64,000 nucleotides of DNA from Callorhinchus milii. Its lineage: Eukaryota. The stretch's first letter is position 1. Each line of letters begins with the position of its first letter. A program made the translations under genes and the position numbers. Shown here piece by piece: positions 38,201 to 51,534 of this stretch. The notes beneath the pieces were generated by a model. That model saw only the letters and a program-made list of their open reading frames with translations. It did not search any database and was not told the DNA's origin. Location of the stretch: positions 85,438,001-85,502,000 of the forward strand of contig NW_024704743.1 of the NCBI RefSeq assembly GCF_018977255.1, in the 5' to 3' direction.

Positions 38201-39639
38201 GCAACGTTGCAGAGATAATTGTACCGAAGGCAGGATTTGAAGCAGAGGGTAAGACAATAGTATGATTACACAGTGGCTCAATTATGGTGACCAAGCAACC
38301 TAAGAAGACTATTAAACAGGAGGTCAAGTTTGCTATGTTGATGAGTTGCATTTTGCTGCTTGGTGCATTTGTTACACTTTATGCAATGCTTCATCTGAAT
38401 TTAGTACACTAGTCCTTTTTTCTTTTTCGTGCCTGTGGTTTGTTGAACACCGGCAGGAAATGATCTGAAAGCTTCATTTCCATTGATTTTTATATGGGAA
38501 GTGGAGCTTGGCAGAGCATCTGCATATTTCTCACTAGACTGAGAAACTTTGTCTGCATGTTTGTATTGCGTAATCGAACACTTAACCGCAACAGTAACAT
38601 TAGTGATTCACAAACACATTCGTTCACGTGCTTGTATTCCAAATGTATCATAAAAAGTTTAGGAATCTTTGGACTCCTGCTAATTTTACTCCAATGAGCG
38701 ATTTGAATAGCCTTTTATTGTATGTTTTTGTTTGTGGGTAATGGAAAAGATTTTTTCGCATTTTAGGTGACACAAATGCGTGATTGAAAGTTGGGCATTC
38801 TCATTGAGATTAATAAAGTCAAAACATGACCCTAAAATTGGATTTGAAAGGTAGTTTTCTTGAGTCGAGTCCAGTTTTGAACTTATTCCCGGGAATAATT
38901 GCAACCTCTAAATCTATGTTAATGATGAGGTTCCATTGCTATAATCGAGATCCAGAACAGGTGAATTGAGGAAATCTACAGCAGTTCTATAGCTTTGCTT
39001 GCCAGTTTCACAGCTTTATTTAAAGGGAAGAGTATGCATTTTTATACACCAGATCAAATAGAGTAGCGTTGCATGTGCAAGTCGTTCTTTTAAAAACCTC
39101 ACTGCACGGCAGTGTGGAATGTGAATGGCAGTGTGGAATTTGGTGAATGGTATGAGTGGAATGTGAGTGAAGATGTAGGTCACAAGGATCTGTTTATATT
39201 GACTTGGATTTTCCATCGGGAAGAGATATGAGATCTGGCCTTGAAAAGAATCTGGGTTATGTCAGTATCAACTCAAGCAATATATAGTGACAAAGAATGT
39301 AATCTGACTTCATTTGCCACAGCAAACAGCTACAGCCAGAATCAGACTGCTTATTTATCAGGTAAGAGTAAATATTTGCTTTGCTTACTATCTACAGTGT
39401 CACCGACGATTTGTCGGCCCTGCAAAACAACGCAATAATCTACAGCCCAATTGTGCTGTAAACTGCTGCCCAATGGTGCGATCTTTTCAAAATGTTTTTT
39501 TTACAACAAAATGATAACTATTAGATGCAGGATGTGGAAAATTACAGAAACTGTTACAATTTTTTTTAATTCAGCAGTCATGTACGTTGGGGAGAAATGC
39601 AGATTCTGATATTTAAGGTTTTTTAAAACTTTTGTATAA

Positions 39640-40316
39640 GTAAATCTTTGAAGGTGGCAGGACAGGTAGATAAAGTTGTTAAAAAAGTATATGGAACACT
39701 AGACTTTATAAATAGGGGTATAGAATACAAAAGTCAGGAAGTTATGATGAATTTTATAAAACACTGGTTAGGCCTCAGTTAGAGTACTGTGTTCAGTTTT
39801 GGGCCCCACACTTTAGGAAGGATGTCAAGGCATTGGAGAGGGTGCAAAGGAGATTTACCAGGATGGTACCAGGAATGAGGGACTTCGGTTATCAGGAGAG
39901 GCCAGAGAAGCTAGGATTATTCTTCTTGGAGCAGAAAAGATTAAGAGGAGACTTAATAGAAGTTTTCAAAATTATGAGGGGATTTGATAGGGTGAACAAG
40001 GGGAAACTATTTCCACTGGTGGGTGGGTTGGTAACCCGAGAACACTGATTTTTAAAAAAAATTGTTAAAAGAAACGGGAGGTGAGAAATATTTTCACACA
40101 GCGAGTTGTTCGGATCTGGAATGCATGGCCTTAAAATGTGGTGGAAGCCGATTCGATAAAAACTTTTAAGAGAAGTAGATAATTATTTGGGGAGGGCATT
40201 TTCAGGGGATTGGGCAGAGAGTGGGGGAGCGGGATTGATTTGGATAGCTCTTTTCAAAGAGCCAGCACAGACAGTGGGCTGAATGGCCTCCTTCTGTGCT
40301 GTATGATTCTATGATT
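39640..40316 (+). mobile_element. CR1 LINE 3' fragment
   Basis: LVRPQLEYCVQFWAPH, ERVQRRFTRMVPGM...RLRGDLIEVFKIMRGFDRV; (TATGATTC)-type tail. Confidence 0.92.
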
Positions 40317-40457
40317 TTGCAGTATCACTTGCTCTGCATCTGCACTCGGATAAGACATGAAAGTCATAACCAGTTGTAAGAATTTGTTCTCTGTCAAATG
40401 ATTATACTGCAGAGCTGTCTTCCTTGCATCCTAAGAATTTTAGCTGAGTACATTTTT

Positions 40458-40458
40458 N
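40458..40458. other. Single ambiguous base (N)
   Basis: catttttNcc in the sequence. Confidence 0.99.
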
Positions 40459-43400
40459 CCAGGGTTAAGGAGATATCTATGCAGATGATGTCTAAAGATC
40501 AACATTTAGCGTCAAGTGGAATTTTCTGGACAAAATATGGTGACGTACAAGCTAGTATCTGCCTGGGAAGCTTTAGCCCTCCTAGCCAGATAACATTTGG
40601 GAAACTGATATTAACCAAATTAAAGCATTGCACACAATAGGATATAGCTTCTGTCAGGACTCTGAACAATATATACAGGGATCCAAAGTGGCAAAGTTTT
40701 AAAATTAAGAGTGAAACTGGTTCAAAGTGAAATTAGAGAAAAAAAATTACACAATGTGAGAATATGGAATGCATTGCTCTTAAAGGCTTATATATGCAAC
40801 AATGCTCGGGTTGTTTAAAAGGAAGGTAGAATAATACTGTACTCGGCAAGCAAAAACATTTTGGCATATGGAGAGAAGATGGGGAAATGGGTTTAAAAGA
40901 TCTGCCATGATTTAATAAAGTGGTGGAACAGGCTCAGGTGCTGAATGGCCCCCTCCTGTTCCTATATTCATATTGTCACTTGGAACTCTGGCCAAAGATA
41001 GCTCCTAACAACAACTCATGTTGTTGGACATTAGAGTGTACCTGAAGCTGTGGGAACTTGGTCATTTCCTGGAAAACCAAGTCTTTTTATTCTCTCAGCA
41101 ACTACCAAAGTAATGTTAAATTTGATCTTGTTACAGTTGTTTCTGGCTGCACCCTGTTGAACTGCCTAACAGGAGAAAGAATGTCCTTAGAGCAGCAACA
41201 ACTGTTTTGATAGTGACACAGAAAGGTAACTAGCAGATGAGTTTATAACCTTACAGAAGAAGGTGCTAATTGCTGGTTAATTGCTAATACTGATTAAAAT
41301 AGTGTCTTTGCCCTCTGTTCGCCTTCGATTTCATCGTTCCTCCTCCATTAAATAAATTTGTTTTCTATGTCAGCTGAAGTGCCAAATGCTTTAGGAGGCT
41401 CAATTTTGTAGCTTCTGTGGGCCGCTACAGCAAGGATTGTTTTCAGTCAATAGAGCAAAAAAGTGAATGAAGTTCTTAGAGACAAATATTTATAAATGGA
41501 GCAACAGTAAGCAAGGAAATAATATGGTATAATAATAATGCTTGAAGCTGATGCAGTGTCTGTTACATCAAGAACATTTCAAAGCACTCACAAAGTTTCT
41601 GATAGACTTCAATTCTGTTTCCTGCCTTATCTGTATTTCCTGTCTCTTACTGCTAATGTAGAACAGGCACGTCTCTCTCTCCCCCACCCCCAACACACAC
41701 ATTGAGAGCAGATGACCTCAGAGCGGAAATGCACGTTGATGTTTCTCACAGCTAACAATGGCATTTACATTCTGCCATCATATCAGACCATATGCAGGAC
41801 AGAGGGATATTCTAATGAACTAAATGAATATTCTAATCAGGGAGCCTACTATTCTGAGACACTGGAGTCTGCTGTACTGTAACTCTTTTGGGGGTAATCT
41901 GAATTCTCAAAAATCCAGGAATTAGTTAAACACCCATCAGTTAGTTCAGTGAAAAGCTTGTGGTAAGCTGCAGTCCTGTGCTGTTTACTATAGTTGTCAG
42001 ACATATTGACAACTATTCTCGTTTTTCCTCGTCAGTGCCTCTCCACCAGTTTTTTCTCTCCACCTGAAGGTATTAAATAACATAGGAACAGAAGCATAGC
42101 ATTCACTCCATCGAGCCTATCAGACCAGTTGATAAGGTCACAGCAAATCTTTTAATGCCATCTCTGCATTTTCTTCATATGACTTAATATATCTGTCTCC
42201 AAAGTAACTACAGTATATATCTATTTTAAACATTCCACATTGACTTAGTTTTACTCTGAAGGGATGGTGAGGAGGAAGTTCAGGTCTGTAGGTGACAGGT
42301 GCTCTCTGGCATCTCATCACATGGCAAATGATTCATGCTTGAGTCTTGCTAATCACTTTCAACTGTGAAGGCATCGCATCTGAGTCAGATCTTATTCTCA
42401 CACGTGCACCTCCAGCATAGATGGCTGTATAGCAATCCAGGAGCAAGCATCCTGGCATATTTTAATTTTTAAAATCTTTATGTTTGATATAGCCGGAATC
42501 CAATAAAACATAAGCGTTGGACAGTCCTTGTATTTACTTAAATAGTGAAATGTTTTTAAATCTCGGTCAGTGAGCCAGGTGTACTAAGTGTAGAAATGTA
42601 ATACCGTCTACTTTACGGTATTTCTTAACAGAATTTCATATTGAAGAATCCCATAAGAAATCCCATCAACCCAGGGGAACTTCACTCCAGAAATAGATCA
42701 CATCAGATCTCACATGGGTCCACACAAAGTATTCCAGTTATAGGAGAGGAGCCTCCATTTAATGACTGGGTTTCCTTGTTAATGAATCCTAGGAACGAAT
42801 ATGGCAAATTAGATCTGCACAGTTTGTTGGGTGATCTTTTGATGCAGTTGCTACGAGTTTGAAATAGAAATGTTTGCAGTTTCTTTGTAAAAGGCTTGCA
42901 GTACAGATCTGATTCTTTTCAAGACTTTCTGAATTAAACCTACATTGTTATGGGGTAAAATTGTAACCTGACCTGCTTTAATTAACACTGGTGTGAGGTA
43001 ACACATAGTTGAAAAAAGTGACTAGTTGGTGTCTTAATTATCAACCGGTCTCTCCAAACACAACTGCACACCCAATAGGACTGTTGCAGTGTTCCTGTAT
43101 TTACCTGAGTGATTTATCCTCTTATTACTGAATTCATTTGCTTAAAATAGGGTGATGTGGCAGCAGCCTTCTGCTGCGTATGTCTGCAGTGACGCTGACA
43201 GGATGAGGGATGATCCTGCTGTTTCTGCACTGATGTTCCCAGCTGGCTGAGCTCAGGGAGCACACTGTTTGGTGGAAGAGCTGTTTCTGCAGACCAAGGG
43301 CTGCTCTAAGCGTGACTAGTAATGTTCTGATTCTGTGTCTGTCCTAACAACCCGTTCAGCCAGAGGCCTAGGACCAAGTTGCCTTAGGCAGGGAGAAGAT

Positions 43401-44010
43401 AACTATTAATGGCTTGGCATACTATAGCTTTCATAGTATCTCAATAATTTAAGCAATTTACAGAAATGAAGTTCAAGCCTAAGATTTATCCTGCTGAGGA
43501 GAAGCAGGTTCTTACTCGTGTCTGTTAATTTCTCCCTTATTCTGTTTGAAAGCAAGACTCAGATCAACAATGTAAAATGTAAAAAGGAAGCTACCAAGGA
43601 CATCAACACTTTCTGTGTAACTTCCTGTGCACTGGAAGATTGTGGTATGTGAGTTTTTTCTGAGCACATGCTGATAACTATCTGTCTCTCAGCTCTCAGT
43701 GCTGTCTATCAGTGTGGCTAGTTTGCTCTGAAATTGACTTTACTGAGCAGTTTAGGTTTGAGTTAGCATGTCGGCAACATCAACTGTAAGAATTTTACAT
43801 TACTGGCCAGAAAGTCTTCAGTGTAAAGATTAAAGTTTCAGCAAAAGACAATTATTTTCTCTATAGCTGAAATCTCACCGTATCTGTTGTCACTAACAGT
43901 TTAATTGCTGCATCGGTGGAGCAAATTGTTGGTCCTTTTATGTGTAACATTATAGAGATCGGTTCAAACTGAGGTCATAAAATACTCTGAAATACAATAC
44001 TTTTCAAGCC

Positions 44011-44150
44011 AGTTCTGACGGAAAGGTCATTGACATGAAATGTTAACTCACTTTCCTCTCTCCATAGATGCTGCTTGACCTGCTGAGTGTTCAAACAGAC
44101 TTCTGTTTTTATTTCAGATTTCCAGCATCTGCAGTACTTTGCCTTTTATG
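44011..44150 (+). mobile_element. Penelope-like element terminal fragment
   Basis: agttctgacggaaaggtcattgacatgaaatgttaactc...gatgctgcttgacctgctgagt...tttcagatttccagcatctgcagt matches a widespread chondrichthyan repeat as I recall it. Confidence 0.65.
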
Positions 44151-45594
44151 ATTTTCAAGCTGGGTTTAGCTGGGGGGGAAAGGTGAGGAATTCTAACTTG
44201 TGATCCAAACTTTAAGATTCCTTAAGTATTGATATGAATTAACCAGATTTGTCAGAAGCAGTCCATCTTCCCCATCCCCATGTGGACTCATGCACACAAA
44301 CACACACTCACGCACAAGTACTCACACGTGCACTCACACACTCATACCATTCTCATTGCCCACCTAGTTTCCACATTTGACTGTTGCTAGAAGGTCAGTG
44401 ACGTTTATTTTGCATATTTTATTTAGCAAAAACCACAATCCCTGCAGCCAGAAGTTAACAGCAGCGATGCACGAGCTTTCTCGATGTTGAACGGTGTATT
44501 TGTGTGTGTGAGGGGGGGGGGGGTTCCATCTCTTGCACATCTGAAGTCCTTTTCTCACTCTACATTTTCTTACATTCTTATACTGTACCACATAGCAAAA
44601 CAGCCACAGATTTCTGAGACACCAGACCTATTTGCTATGTGTCTGAGCTTCCTGACCTTGTCTTGTGGCTGCACTTGCTCTAGTGCTTCGCAAGCTTATT
44701 CTGCAGGTGTGGTGAGTATTTCAGTCCCAATAATGGTCTGCTTCCTGTTATGTAAAGTGTGATTAAATCTCATCTTCTTCAAACAAAAATGGGTCCAACT
44801 AAATTGTAAAAAAAAATTATATTTGTCAACTTTCCATGATGATCTGCACATGCAAAGAGCTTTGAGGACTCAGGTAAGGATTAAGAATCACCCTATAGCT
44901 TAAATTATTCATTCTTTAATAACTACCCAATGTGTCACGGTACTTGTTGAGAAAGGTCCAACCAGCCTTTGAATCACAGGGCTGAGGGCCTATCTAACCT
45001 CCTAGTCATTGGTGTGCCAGAAAGACTGGTCAACCATCAGAATTAGCTTGGATTAACTACAGATCATCTTAGCTTTGGCAGTTCTGAGCCAGGTCAGCCC
45101 TGGTTTATGCCCCATTCCCTCCCAGCCCCACCAATATCTTTGGAAACTTTTAGAATATTTATTATATCACTCAACGGGATTAACTTTACCACTTGTGTCA
45201 AATAGCTCAAGGACCATGCAGTGGAGCAGAGTCAATTTTTTCCTTAGCTTACACTGGTCCTAAAATTCACTTACAGCAACAACTTGCATTTAGATAGCAC
45301 CCATCACATAGGTTAGCATTCCAGAGCGCTTTATGTGCTCAGACCTGCTCCACTCCTTGATTTCCAGATGAACACTCAGGGCAGGTTGGGTGAGCAGTAA
45401 TGAAGAACAAAGGGGAATTGAATGCCAGTCATTTAAGGAAAAAAACAGCAGTGTCGTTTAACCCACAGAATGTAAAACATCATGGAAATGTTTACCCCAA
45501 CATTACTTAAAACAAGTTTCTTCAAACTAATAAAAAAAAGATGGCAAAGAAACCCAAATAGTTTTTGTTAGAGGATTTATGAGTTGCAATATTT

Positions 45595-45608
45595 CTGCCA
45601 TCTAGTGG
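45595..45608 (-). promoter_or_regulatory. CTCF-like motif between the convergent genes
   Basis: Minus strand CCACTAGATGGCAG fits the CTCF core consensus CCASYAGRKGGCRS. Confidence 0.45.
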
Positions 45609-45613
45609 AAGTA

Positions 45614-45887
45614 GCTAGTCATAGCTCAGTGGTTGGAGCCATCGTCTCGTAAGCAAGAGACCTGGGTTTGATTCCTTACTCCACACACCTGATAATAATC
45701 CCTCAAGAAAAAAAAGAATAATTTGGTCACTCAATCAACAACGTTTGTGGGACACTGCTGTGTGCAATTGGCTGCTGCATTTTGCCCACAAATACACAAT
45801 CAATTCACTTAACAGTTTATTTTGTGAAGCGCTTTGAGACGTCTAGAAGACATGAAAAACGCTCTATCAAATGCAAGTATTATTATT
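45614..45887 (+). mobile_element. DeuSINE copy
   Basis: Head tagctcagtggttggagc...gggtttgattcc, Deu core and tail. Confidence 0.85.
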
Positions 45888-46604
45888 CCAAAACATGTCC
45901 ATCCACAAACCTTGGTTCTGTACCACATTGTGTAAGAACCACATACTAGTTCCCCTTTTGCTTTGTTTCCAAAACAATGCTCTCATTTCATTTTCTTTCA
46001 GAACCAGTCAGTGTCAATCATTTCAATACTGGCTGTATGCACATTGTATTTGAGTAGGTGGGGACACTTGAGCGGAATTTTGCACAGTATTCACAAGAGA
46101 GGTTCAGATCAAGAAGGTCTTATGGTCCTTTTGATCTCAGCCCATTTGATACCCATCATATTGCTTCATATCACAGCATCAAGCTTTTTTTGAAAAAAAA
46201 CAAGTCCAGTGTCCTAGCCACAACCACCTTCCTGGCAACCTGTTCCAGCTGTTAATTACTCTGAGTAAACAAAATACTCCTTAATACAATATAGCCCAGC
46301 ATCTTGTTTGCCTGGTCCACTGAGATGGTGAGCAATGAGTCAACTATCACTCCCGCATTTGCTTCAGCTTCCCCCTTGGCAAGTTCAACTCCTTCCTTAA
46401 TAAGTCAACAAAACACAAAGGGTTTGAGGAATTTTCTCCAGTTAAATAACAGCATTACATGTACCGAATTTTCATAACATATGATGTTCCTGTTTTCAGG
46501 AATGTATTATAGTTTTAACTATAGGCGTCAGCTTTTAATAGTTAGAACTGTTTAAAAGGAAGGAGAGGGCACAATTAGGGAAGCTGAAATAGAGAGGAGG
46601 AAGT

Positions 46605-48155
46605 ATTGAGCGTATTCAAGGACTGAGCATCAACAGCCCTTTGGGGTAGTGAGTTCCATACATTCACTACCCTTTGAGTGAAGAAGTTCTTCCTCAACTC
46701 AGTGGGAAAGGGCTGGCCTCTGATTTTAAGGTTGTGACCCCTGGTTTTAGTTTCTCCAACCAGGGAAAACAATCTCCCACTATCTACTCTATCATACCCT
46801 TTGATGATCTTATAGGTTTCTATAAGATCCCCTCTAATTCTTCTATATTCTAGAGAATATAGGCCCAAATTGGTCAGCTTATCCTTGTAAATCATCCCCT
46901 TCATCCCTGGTACTAACCTAGTAAATCTACGCTGCACCCCCTCCAAGGCAAGTACATCCTTTCTTAAATAAGAAGACCAAAACTGGACACAGTATTCCAG
47001 GTGTGGTCTCACCAGGGCCCTATACAGTTGCAGCAAGACTTCCCTACTCTTATACTCTAATCCTTTCATAATGAATGCTAACATACCATTAGCCTTCCTA
47101 ATTGCTGCTGCACCTGCAGACTAACTTTCTGTGATTGGTGTACAAGGACACCCACGTCCCTCTGGACGCTAACACATTCCAATCTCTCCCCTTCTAAAAA
47201 AAACCCGCTTTACTGTTTTTGCTACCTAGGTGGATGACTTCGCACTTCCCTACGTTATACTTCATCTGCCACCTACCTGCCCAATCACCTAACCTATCTA
47301 TGTCGCGCTGCATTTTTTTAATGTCGTCCTCCTAGACACTTCCTCCTAGTTTTGTGTCATCCGCGAATTTAGATATATTAACTTCGATATCCTCATCTAG
47401 ATCATTAATGTAGATGGTAAATAGCTGAGGCCCAAGGACTGATCCTTGTGGCACTCCACTAGTCACATCCCGACAATCTGAAAAGGGCCCGTTTATCCCT
47501 ACTCTTTGTTTCCTACCCGTTAACCATTCCCCAATCCACGTTAATATGCTCCCCCCAATTCCATGGGCCCTTATCTTTTGGACTAACCTTTTATGCGGCA
47601 CCTTATCGAATGCCTACTGGAAGTCCAAATAGACCACATCCACTGATTCACCCTTATCTAGTTTACTGGAAATATCCTCAAAAAACTCTATGATATTTGT
47701 CAAACATGACTTCCCTTTTGTAAAGCCATGTTGACTTGGCTTAATTATATTTTGCTTCCCTAAATACCGCACTACCACATCCTTAATCAATGATTCTAAA
47801 ATGTTTCCCATCATTGATGTGAGACTAACTGGCCTATAGTTCCCCATCTTTTTCTTTCCACCTTTTTTAAATAGTGGTGTGACATTTGCGATCTTCCAAT
47901 GCATGGGGACTGTTCCAGAATCCAAGGAATTTTGGAAGATCAGACATAAGGCCTCCATTATCTCATAAGCTACCTCTTTTAAAATCCTGGGATGCAAGCC
48001 ATCCGGACCAGGGGATTTGTCACTTTTTAGTGCTAACAGTTTCCCTAGCACCAATTCTCTACTCATGAAAATTTCCCTAAGTTGCTCCCTGTCGTTATCC
48101 CTTTGGTGCATCTCTATTGTTGGCAGACTTGTTGGGTCTTCTAGGGTGAAGACAC
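46605..48155 (-). mobile_element. CR1 LINE RT fragment, relatively well preserved
   Basis: [65 protein letters not shown] and RPHLEYCVQFWS, with few stops. Confidence 0.95.
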
Positions 48156-49559
48156 AACAATGTTACTACATCAACTTGAGGTATTGAGTCAGTGGCTGGA
48201 GGGCATAGCTATAAGGTAGTCCAAAGAAGACTGAAAGGAGAATTTTGTTGGATAGTGACATGTCATGTGAAGTAAAGTGGTAGAGTTCATTGTGGCTTTC
48301 TATAGGGAAGTAGAAGGGTATGTGAAAGATAAGAGGCTTGAAGGGTGATGGGAATCAGGGAGAGGCAGTAGGATTCAAAGAACAGATTGCTCTGAGAGCT
48401 GGTGCAGACTCACGCACAATGGGCTGAATGATCTCCTTAACACTCTAAACTTCTATGATTCTAAGTTCAAATGCCGTAAAATACCACAAATTGGAATCTG
48501 TTATTCAGGTCAGAATTATATTTGAATTCAGTTTCAGATTCAAGCTTGTTAAAGGCATAGCTGGTTTTGAAGCCAGTTGACAAATACTGAAATGTTGTGT
48601 CTTAAACCCAACCACAGCATTTCCAGTTCTCATGTTGAACACTGATAATAGTAACAGTATCACTTCTAGTGAAAGAACACAAAATTAGTTTAATGACATT
48701 TTTGAGGTAAGATGGTTTTGATGTGCAATCATTTAAGGATATTGGCATGACATCCAGTAACCTAGATCCAGTTGTTACTGAATTAACCTGGCATAGGTGT
48801 ACCATAAAGGCAGCCGTGTTATCCTCGGTCCAAATTTAACTTTATCAATATATTAAACAAGAATTCAAAGCAGGTAACTCGTGCTTTGGATCGCTGTTTT
48901 GCTGTCTTCCTTAATGACTGCCTTTGATCTCTTCCTTCCACATCCTGAATATGTTTCTGATTCCTCCACCTCAGTGCCTCTATCATGCCTCCTTGAGTCC
49001 TGTAGCTTGTATTAAGTTCTCCCAGTGAGCTAACTTTCTCTTTCCAATGCTGGTCATTTGCAGAATTTCTGGCTTTATTTCAGAGGCTCAAGCAATGCAC
49101 CCAGCTTCCAACCAATAGTTAGGAGTGAGTGAGACCAAGTGATACCTAGATGTTCAAAGCTGCAAGCCTGCCTTCATGTCACCACTACCACAAAAACAAC
49201 AACTGCTTGCATTTATATAGAGCCCTTAGAGCAGGATATTAAATGCAAGGATTATTATAGGATAGTGTCTCATAGTGCTGCTGCGCAAGGTTGAACATTG
49301 GTTCAAGGGTTGGAGAGGGTATATGTATAACATATACATGTTATAGTGTATGCATGCCAAGTTCCACTGGAGTTTTATTCCCATTGTTTGTGAGCACATT
49401 TGATTGCAGACTGGAAAAATCTGTGTTGATTATTTTATCCAAATAAAGAAACAATCATAATGCACAGCGTATACATCCTAAAGGGAGAAGATTTTAACTT
49501 TATATCCAGGTTTATCTGGATTAGAAAACAATAAGTAAACATTGATATTTGTCTTTTTT

Positions 49560-50190
49560 TCATAGAATATTACAGCACAGAAGGCCATTCAGCCCATCGT
49601 GCCTGTGCCGGGTCTTTGGAAAAGCTACCCAATCAGTCCCACTCCCCCACTCTTTCCTCATATTCTTGCTAATTTTTTCCTCTTCTTGTACCTATCCAAT
49701 TCCCTTTTGAAAGTTGTTATTGAATCTGTTTCCCCCCACCCTTTCAGGCAGTGCATTCCAGGCCATAATAACTCTGTGTAAAAAAAGAATCTCCTCCCCT
49801 CTGGTGATTTTATCAATTATCTTGAATCTATGTTCTCTGGTTACTGACCCACCTGCCAGTAGAAACAGTTTCTCCTTGTCTACTCTATCAAAACCCCTCA
49901 TAATTTTGAACACCTCAATTAAATCTCCCCTTAACTTTCTCTGTTCCAAGGAGAACAATTCCAGCCTCTCTCTCCACATAACTAAAATCTCTCATCCCTG
50001 ATACCATTCTGGTAAATCTCTGCATCCTCTCCAAGGCCTTGATATCCTTTCAAGTGTGATGCCCAGAATTGGACACAATATTCCAGCTTAGGCCCAACCA
50101 GTGATTTATAACGGTTCAGCAGAACTTCCATGCTTTTGTACTCTATCCCTCTATTTATAAAGCCAAGGATCCCATATTTTTTTTTAACAG
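49560..50190 (-). mobile_element. CR1 LINE 3' fragment
   Basis: LEYCVQFWASH, LEQRKLRGDLIEVFKIMRGFDRV; 3' end at about 49560. Confidence 0.92.
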
Positions 50191-50574
50191 CATGGCAGCA
50201 CGATGGCGGGGAATGCCTGATCACATGGAGAGCAAAGGGGACCCATTAGAGTGTATTATGAATGGGATCCTTGAATGGTGTGTGCATGTGTGGTGTTCTG
50301 TTTGAGGTAGGCGCGGAAAACAAAGTTTTGACCAGGAAGCCGATAAAGTGCGGTGAGTGTAAATAATTCACACATTTGTATCATCTTCCACTGCAAGAAA
50401 AATAGAATAACATCAGGGAAGGCAACAGAAACGTACAAATAAAACATTTACAGAATGGAAAACAGGTTGGAAAGTACATGAAAATGGTTGTTCCGAAAAA
50501 TTATGGGTCTGAAAAATTCCATTTTAAAACCTTGGCTCAATGTCACCAGCCAGTTCAGTACTTGTGTGTTTGTT

Positions 50575-50889
50575 ATAATAATAATCCTTGCATTTGATAT
50601 AGCGCTTTTCACGTCAGGAGGACGTCCCAAAGCGCTTCACAGAACACACTGTAAAGTGAATTGACTGTATATTTGTGGGCAAACGCGGCAGCCAATTGCG
50701 CACAGCAATGTCCCACAAAAAGTCGTAGATTGAAAATGACCAATTTTTTATTATTGTTTTTGGTTTTGGAGGGATTATTATTAGGCGTGTGGAGTAAGGA
50801 AACTTGCCCAAGGTTTCGCCCTGCCTGGAATTGAACTCAGGTCTCTTGCTTGCAAAGCGAGTGCTCCAACCACTGAGCTGCAGGACTCC
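50575..50889 (-). mobile_element. Full-length young DeuSINE
   Basis: Nearly identical to 35584-35899. Confidence 0.93.
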
Positions 50890-50976
50890 ACTTGTTGTGT
50901 GTAAATCATATAAAACCCGACTTATACGTAACTTTATATAAGTCATATATGATACGACTTATGCAAGTTTGACATA

Positions 50977-51180
50977 CAACAACAACTTGCACTTAAATAG
51001 TGCCTTCTATGCAGGGTAGTATCTCAGAGCTCTTAACAGTGGCAGAGACTGACTTCGAGCCGGGGGAATGTGGCTGTAAGCATGATCAAAGAGGAAAGTT
51101 TTCAGGGGGGACTTGAAAGAGGGGAGAGAGGCGGCAAGGCGGAGGGATTGAGGGAGAGTATTCCAGAGTTTTGGGACACT
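50977..51180 (-). mobile_element. L2 3' end fragment
   Basis: (CAA)n tail and purine-rich body ggacttgaaagaggggagagaggcggcaagg...gtattccagag. Confidence 0.75.
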
Positions 51181-51534
51181 TTGCAGACGTCATATTAAAT
51201 GTAAGGTCCCAACTGATAAGACTTATGCGAGGTTTACTGTATAGGTCAATTATTATTTGGACTCAATTTTGTTTGCATTGGTTTTGTATTTTCCAAGTCA
51301 AAAATTGTCCTTGGCAAAATTCATTAACATAGTTAAAATCCCCCCCCAAAAAAGTTACTTACAAAAAAATTGTCAATATTATCAGACAAAAAGCAGATTT
51401 CCACTAACCTGAGTTGTATCCCATGATAATCGGTATCAAATGGACAGTATCAAAAAATTTTATAGCAAAGCTTCAAAAGCAATTTAAGACTAATCAAAAT
51501 CTTCACTCTACCCTTTCCCAATATTGCAATTGTT

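Noticed and set aside
46575..48111. Reverse transcriptase ORFs that might suggest a retron or other novel RT system
   Set aside because: Ordinary fragmented CR1 LINE ORF2 with stops and frameshifts, in a vertebrate context.
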